Source: an uncultured archaeon (GTDB lineage Archaea; Asgardarchaeota; Lokiarchaeia; Sigyniarchaeales; Promethearchaeaceae). From it: 27,402 bases of DNA. The notes under the pieces were generated by a model. The model was not told the DNA's origin and ran no database searches. It was given only the letters and a program-made list of their open reading frames with translations. The position numbers and the translations under genes are program-made. Shown piece by piece: positions 23,745 through 27,402 of this stretch; position 1 is the first letter of the stretch; every line of letters begins with the position of its first letter. The stretch lies in the NCBI GenBank assembly GCA_964513765.1, contig CAZEPC010000015.1:1-27402 (forward strand). Direction: 5' to 3'.

Positions 23745-25862
23745 ATGTTATCAGAAATATTAACAGAAGTTGGTTCACTTTGGATTGTCTTTGTAGCAGC
23801 TGTTGTCTCAATCGTAGCAGCTTTCTATATCAAAAAAGGAGTAGATAAAGCCGATCCGGGTAACGAACAAATGGTTATCGTTCAAGGTTACATTAAGAAC
23901 GGTGCAGATGCGTTTATTAAGCGCCAATATACGACCTTAGCGTATTTCGTTGCTGGGTTATCCGTACTTGTAGGCATCACCTATTCTTATGATGCACCTA
24001 CGGAATACATCCCTCAAGTACCTGGATGGCTCATGGTCATCTCCTATATTTTAGGAAGTGTCGCATCGGGATGGGCGGGTTGGCTCGGAATGAAAGTAGG
24101 TGTAGATGCAAACGCAAAGACTGCCGCCGCAGCAAACAAGGAAGATCGTGACTTGGGAATGAATGATGCATTCAATGTATCCTTCTATGCAGGTTGTGTT
24201 ATGGGTCTTTTAGTTACTGGGGCAGCACTCGGAGGCGTTTGGGCACTTTACTATTTCACCAGCAATCCAAGAGTCGTGTTAGGCTTTTCATTTGGTGCTT
24301 CCTCAATTGCGTTATTCGCAAAAGCGGGTGGAGGTATTTATACCAAGACCGCAGATGTTGCAGCAGATATCGTAGGAAAAATTGAACAATCATTACCAGA
24401 AGATGATCCCCGAAACCCAGCAGCAGTTGCCGACAATGTCGGTGACAATGTGGGAGATATTGCAGGTATGGGAGCAGACTTATTCGACAGTTATGTTGCC
24501 TCTTTAATCGCAACAATGCTCTTAGGTCTTAATATCTACGGAGAGCACACATTTTCGGCATTCCCATTGATTATCAGTGCGGCCGGATTATTTGCATCTT
24601 TAATTGGAATATATCTTATTGTAAATGCCAAGAAAGAAGATCCAAACGATGCCCTCAATCGAGGTACTTACCTCGCCACGGGATTATTCATCGGTACTGC
24701 CGCAATTGTTACAGTCATTGTACAATTTACATCTCCTGATGCAGTTTCTGCAACAAGATTATGGAAGACCTACGGCGCAGCAGTTTTTGGTGTGTTATGC
24801 GGTTTAGTTATCGGAATTACCACAGACTATTATACAGACGATCGAAAGAAACCAACCCAAGCAATTGCAGAATCCTCAGAACAAGGACATGCATTAAACA
24901 TCTTGACTGGTTTTTCATACGGATTAATGAGCATTGGTCCACCAGTTATCGGAATTGCAATCGCAATGGGTGTTGCATATGCACTTGATGGAGTCTATGG
25001 TGTAGCCATGGCTTCCGTAGGTATGCTTGCCATTGTAGGAACTATTGTATCTAATGATGCATACGGGCCAGTGGTCGATAATGCTCGAGGTATTGCAGAA
25101 CAAGGCGGTCTTGATGAAGAAGTTATCGCAGTGTGCGATAGATTGGATTCAGCAGGAAATACTGCCAAGGCAATCACCAAAGGATTTGCAATCGGTGCAG
25201 CCGCACTTACGGTCCTCGCACTCCTCTACTCTTTCGTACAGAGCGGACATGAGATTATCCCTGATGATGAAGTAATTTCATTAGATATCCAACAACCAGG
25301 GATCATGATCGGGCTTATCTTAGGTGTCGCAGTACCTTGTATCTATTCCGCAATCTTAATCTTCAGCGTAGATAAAAACGCACAAATTATGGTCAAAGAA
25401 ATTCGACGCCAATTTGAAGAAGAACCAGGAATCTTGAAAGGAGAGGTGGCCGCGGACTTTGAACGATGTATTGACATTGCAACCAAAGGATCACTTAAAG
25501 CTTTAGTCATTCCAAGTTTACTCTCTATTGGAGCTCCATTACTCGTTGGACTTTTTATGGGTATTCCGGGATTATCAGCATTCTTAGCTGGAAGTATCTT
25601 ATCCGGATTTGTGTTTGCCCTCCTCATGTCTAATGCTGGTGGTGCTTGGGATAATGCAAAGAAATATATTGAAGATGGACATCTAGGTGGAAAAGGTACC
25701 CTTGCTCATGCAGCAAGCATCACCGGAGACACCGTTGGAGATCCATTCAAAGATACTGCAGGACCAGCAATCAACACGTTAATCTGTGTAATGTCATTAA
25801 CCGCAGAGATGTTTATCACCCTCTTCGGTTTGATGCCACACAGCGGTCTAGGTTTCTTCTAA
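23745..25862 (+). CDS. hppA: Membrane-bound proton-translocating inorganic pyrophosphatase (H+-PPase). The signature suggests it is K+-independent.
   Basis: The 705-aa polytopic ORF carries the PPase motifs 'AAVADNVGDNVGDIAGMGADLFDSYV' and 'DTVGDPFKDTAGPAIN'. It has 'GNTAKAITKG' where K+-dependent enzymes have GNTTAAIGKG. The Lys and Thr at those positions are the known K+-independence determinants. Confidence 0.95.
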   Translation: MLSEILTEVGSLWIVFVAAVVSIVAAFYIKKGVDKADPGNEQMVIVQGYIKNGADAFIKRQYTTLAYFVAGLSVLVGITYSYDAPTEYIPQVPGWLMVISYILGSVASGWAGWLGMKVGVDANAKTAAAANKEDRDLGMNDAFNVSFYAGCVMGLLVTGAALGGVWALYYFTSNPRVVLGFSFGASSIALFAKAGGGIYTKTADVAADIVGKIEQSLPEDDPRNPAAVADNVGDNVGDIAGMGADLFDSYVASLIATMLLGLNIYGEHTFSAFPLIISAAGLFASLIGIYLIVNAKKEDPNDALNRGTYLATGLFIGTAAIVTVIVQFTSPDAVSATRLWKTYGAAVFGVLCGLVIGITTDYYTDDRKKPTQAIAESSEQGHALNILTGFSYGLMSIGPPVIGIAIAMGVAYALDGVYGVAMASVGMLAIVGTIVSNDAYGPVVDNARGIAEQGGLDEEVIAVCDRLDSAGNTAKAITKGFAIGAAALTVLALLYSFVQSGHEIIPDDEVISLDIQQPGIMIGLILGVAVPCIYSAILIFSVDKNAQIMVKEIRRQFEEEPGILKGEVAADFERCIDIATKGSLKALVIPSLLSIGAPLLVGLFMGIPGLSAFLAGSILSGFVFALLMSNAGGAWDNAKKYIEDGHLGGKGTLAHAASITGDTVGDPFKDTAGPAINTLICVMSLTAEMFITLFGLMPHSGLGFF

Positions 25863-25930
25863 GTAAATCAAATAAGATCTAATAATGTTATTACTTCATA
25901 GGGAGAAATTCACGGTAATTTGGAAAACTC

Positions 25931-25950
25931 CCTATTTTTTTATTCTTTTC
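25931..25950 (+). terminator. Oligo-T tract (archaeal-type terminator candidate) downstream of hppA. It is preceded by a GGGAG…CTCCC inverted repeat.
   Basis: The sequence is 'agGGAGaaattcacggtaatttggaaaaCTCCCtatttttttattcttttc', lying 30-90 bp after the hppA stop. Confidence 0.5.
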
Positions 25951-25973
25951 TCTAAATTTAACTATTATTTTAA

Positions 25974-26009
25974 TTACTACTACCACTACTACTATTATTA
26001 CTACTACTC
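25974..26009. repeat. Imperfect trinucleotide microsatellite (CTA/TTA)12 in the convergent intergenic region between hppA and the GGR-like gene.
   Basis: The repeat reads 'ttactactaccactactactattattactactactc' directly from the sequence. Confidence 0.9.
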
Positions 26010-26138
26010 AAAATAACGAACTAATGTGCTTAGATGCATACACCCAGGTCATGGCATTGGATCCCAATTAAAAAAGCTTGGTTTTCTAAAAATTAGGTCT
26101 TTACGCAAGAGAAAATCGACTTCCCTATGATAAGGCTA

Positions 26139-27368
26139 TCATAGCACGATATCATGTATAAATTTGGGAATTAGATTTAAGTTTCGGAAACCTAGATGAA
26201 TTAAAAATCGGATAAAATATTTATTCCTTAGCAGTCTTTCGGCCAGATGGATGGGAAAGTCCATGTCCGCGTATTTTGCAATATCCTCCTTAATACTGGT
26301 TTCTTCATATATTTTAAAGAAATAGCGGAAATCATATTTTTTCAACCTGGCCAACAAGAGGCGAACGAAATAATGAATTTTAAGAGATAATCCAATATGA
26401 CCTCGCTTTACTTTGTGTTGATAGTATTTAGCAAGTGTCCCGCGAGAAAAATCATTCATTGCGAGTGATTTTTGAATGGCGGGTGCCAAAATATTTGCCG
26501 CAGAGATGAGCATTACAATGCCACCTCCCGTCGTGGCCTTTACCATTGAGGCACTATCCCCAATTAACACAGTGTTATTAAACGCAATTTCTTTAGGAAA
26601 CCCATAAGGTATCACCCCGCCTTGGCGAGATACAATTTGGGATTGTGAAATTCCCAATAGCGCCAAAAATTTTTTGAAGGCAACATTGGGTTTTTTCTTG
26701 GTTGCGATACCTACCCGGCAGATCCCATTACCACCCTCGGGAACAATATAACCAAAGAGCTCTTTCCAGCGGGGATGAAAGTACATAGAAGACATATCTT
26801 GATCGTAATCGTATCTAACCCGGGCTTGAGCCGCTGGAATATAATCGTTTTTAATATCGAATCGCTGGGCAACTTTTGAGAAGGGTCCATCCGCACCCAC
26901 GCAGATATTACAGAGGATCATTCTTTTCGATGTTTTCACTAATGCCCGGTTTTTGTATGTTCCTTTGGATATTGCCCAATGGGATTCATATTTTTCATCA
27001 AAATAATATCTTGCACCCATTTCTCGTGCCTTTTTCCCGAAATAAGTATCAAAGCCCACACGATCAATGACCACTGGTCTTTCATCTCCTTTCATATTGA
27101 TTTTTTCCAAATTGGGGGCAACAATCTGCGCCACATGTACCCTGTTTAACACCAAATCCGATGGAAAGGAAACTAAGTCCAGCAATTTTTGGGATACAAT
27201 CCCTGCGCACTGAAGGGGACGGGCCTCAAATGATTCGTATTTTTCAATCACAATACAAGGAATATTTAAATTTCGGAGCTTGCATGCCAAGTAATTTCCT
27301 GCGATACCTCCTCCTATAATGCACACATCAGTCTTCTCGAAGTTCTTATTTTTGTCTAATTTTTGCAT
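26139..27368 (-). CDS. FAD-dependent geranylgeranyl reductase-family oxidoreductase (digeranylgeranylglycerophospholipid reductase-like).
   Basis: The N-terminal dinucleotide-binding motif is 'DVCIIGGGIAGNYLACKLRNLNIPCIVIEK'. The 409-aa length and overall layout match archaeal GGR and ChlP/BchP-type reductases, for example '…GGVIPYGFP…' and 'LIGDSASMVKATTGGGI'. Confidence 0.8.
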   Translation of the reverse strand: MQKLDKNKNFEKTDVCIIGGGIAGNYLACKLRNLNIPCIVIEKYESFEARPLQCAGIVSQKLLDLVSFPSDLVLNRVHVAQIVAPNLEKINMKGDERPVVIDRVGFDTYFGKKAREMGARYYFDEKYESHWAISKGTYKNRALVKTSKRMILCNICVGADGPFSKVAQRFDIKNDYIPAAQARVRYDYDQDMSSMYFHPRWKELFGYIVPEGGNGICRVGIATKKKPNVAFKKFLALLGISQSQIVSRQGGVIPYGFPKEIAFNNTVLIGDSASMVKATTGGGIVMLISAANILAPAIQKSLAMNDFSRGTLAKYYQHKVKRGHIGLSLKIHYFVRLLLARLKKYDFRYFFKIYEETSIKEDIAKYADMDFPIHLAERLLRNKYFIRFLIHLGFRNLNLIPKFIHDIVL

Positions 27369-27402
27369 TAGCTTCTTCTAAATTAAATTTAGTTTGTTTT
27401 AG

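Noticed and set aside
24194-25627. Antisense or alternate-frame ORFs inside hppA.
   Set aside because: They are entirely nested in the conserved H+-PPase reading frame. The relatively GC-richer hppA sequence produces long spurious off-frame ORFs.

Overview
This is an AT-rich chromosomal window that looks archaeal. Evidence for that is the family-1 encapsulin, a geranylgeranyl reductase-family flavoprotein, long oligo-T terminator-like tracts, leaderless-looking promoters, and very Lys/Glu/Ile-rich proteins. Several roadblock/longin-like domains also hint at an Asgard/Lokiarchaeia-like lineage, which I infer from the sequence and cannot confirm here. I read 18 protein-coding genes. On the plus strand: two tandem, closely related MFS permeases with a roughly 270-aa C-terminal helical cytoplasmic domain (<1..1983, 2002..4260), a RapA/HepA-like SNF2 ATPase (4307..8005), a two-gene encapsulin operon (EncFtn-like cargo with a C-terminal GSLK targeting peptide plus the shell, 13414..14661), two hypotheticals, and a membrane H+-pyrophosphatase (23745..25862). 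On the minus strand: a four-gene co-directional cluster at 13286..8018 (membrane purple-acid-phosphatase-like metallophosphoesterase, then a 12-TM MFS-like permease fused to a C-terminal roadblock/LC7-like domain, then a roadblock/longin-like plus tandem winged-helix protein, then a 190-aa unknown), an IolG-like Gfo/Idh/MocA oxidoreductase, carB, carA, an HdrD/GlcF-like CCG-domain Fe-S protein, a small Cys-rich tail-anchored protein and a geranylgeranyl reductase. I found no rRNA, tRNA, CRISPR array, transposase or integrase. The candidate for an undescribed system is the minus-strand cluster: phosphoesterase, MFS-roadblock fusion ('transceptor'-like) and a soluble roadblock protein with tandem winged-helix domains, which I propose as a transporter-coupled signalling module. 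The tandem MFS proteins with cytoplasmic tails are related. The encapsulin/EncFtn pair is a clear but already-described system type. The supplied ORF track labels 8018..8590 as '+', but it only translates on the minus strand. The track's carA start at 20431 is a TTG; an in-frame ATG at 20395 or 20374 is more plausible.
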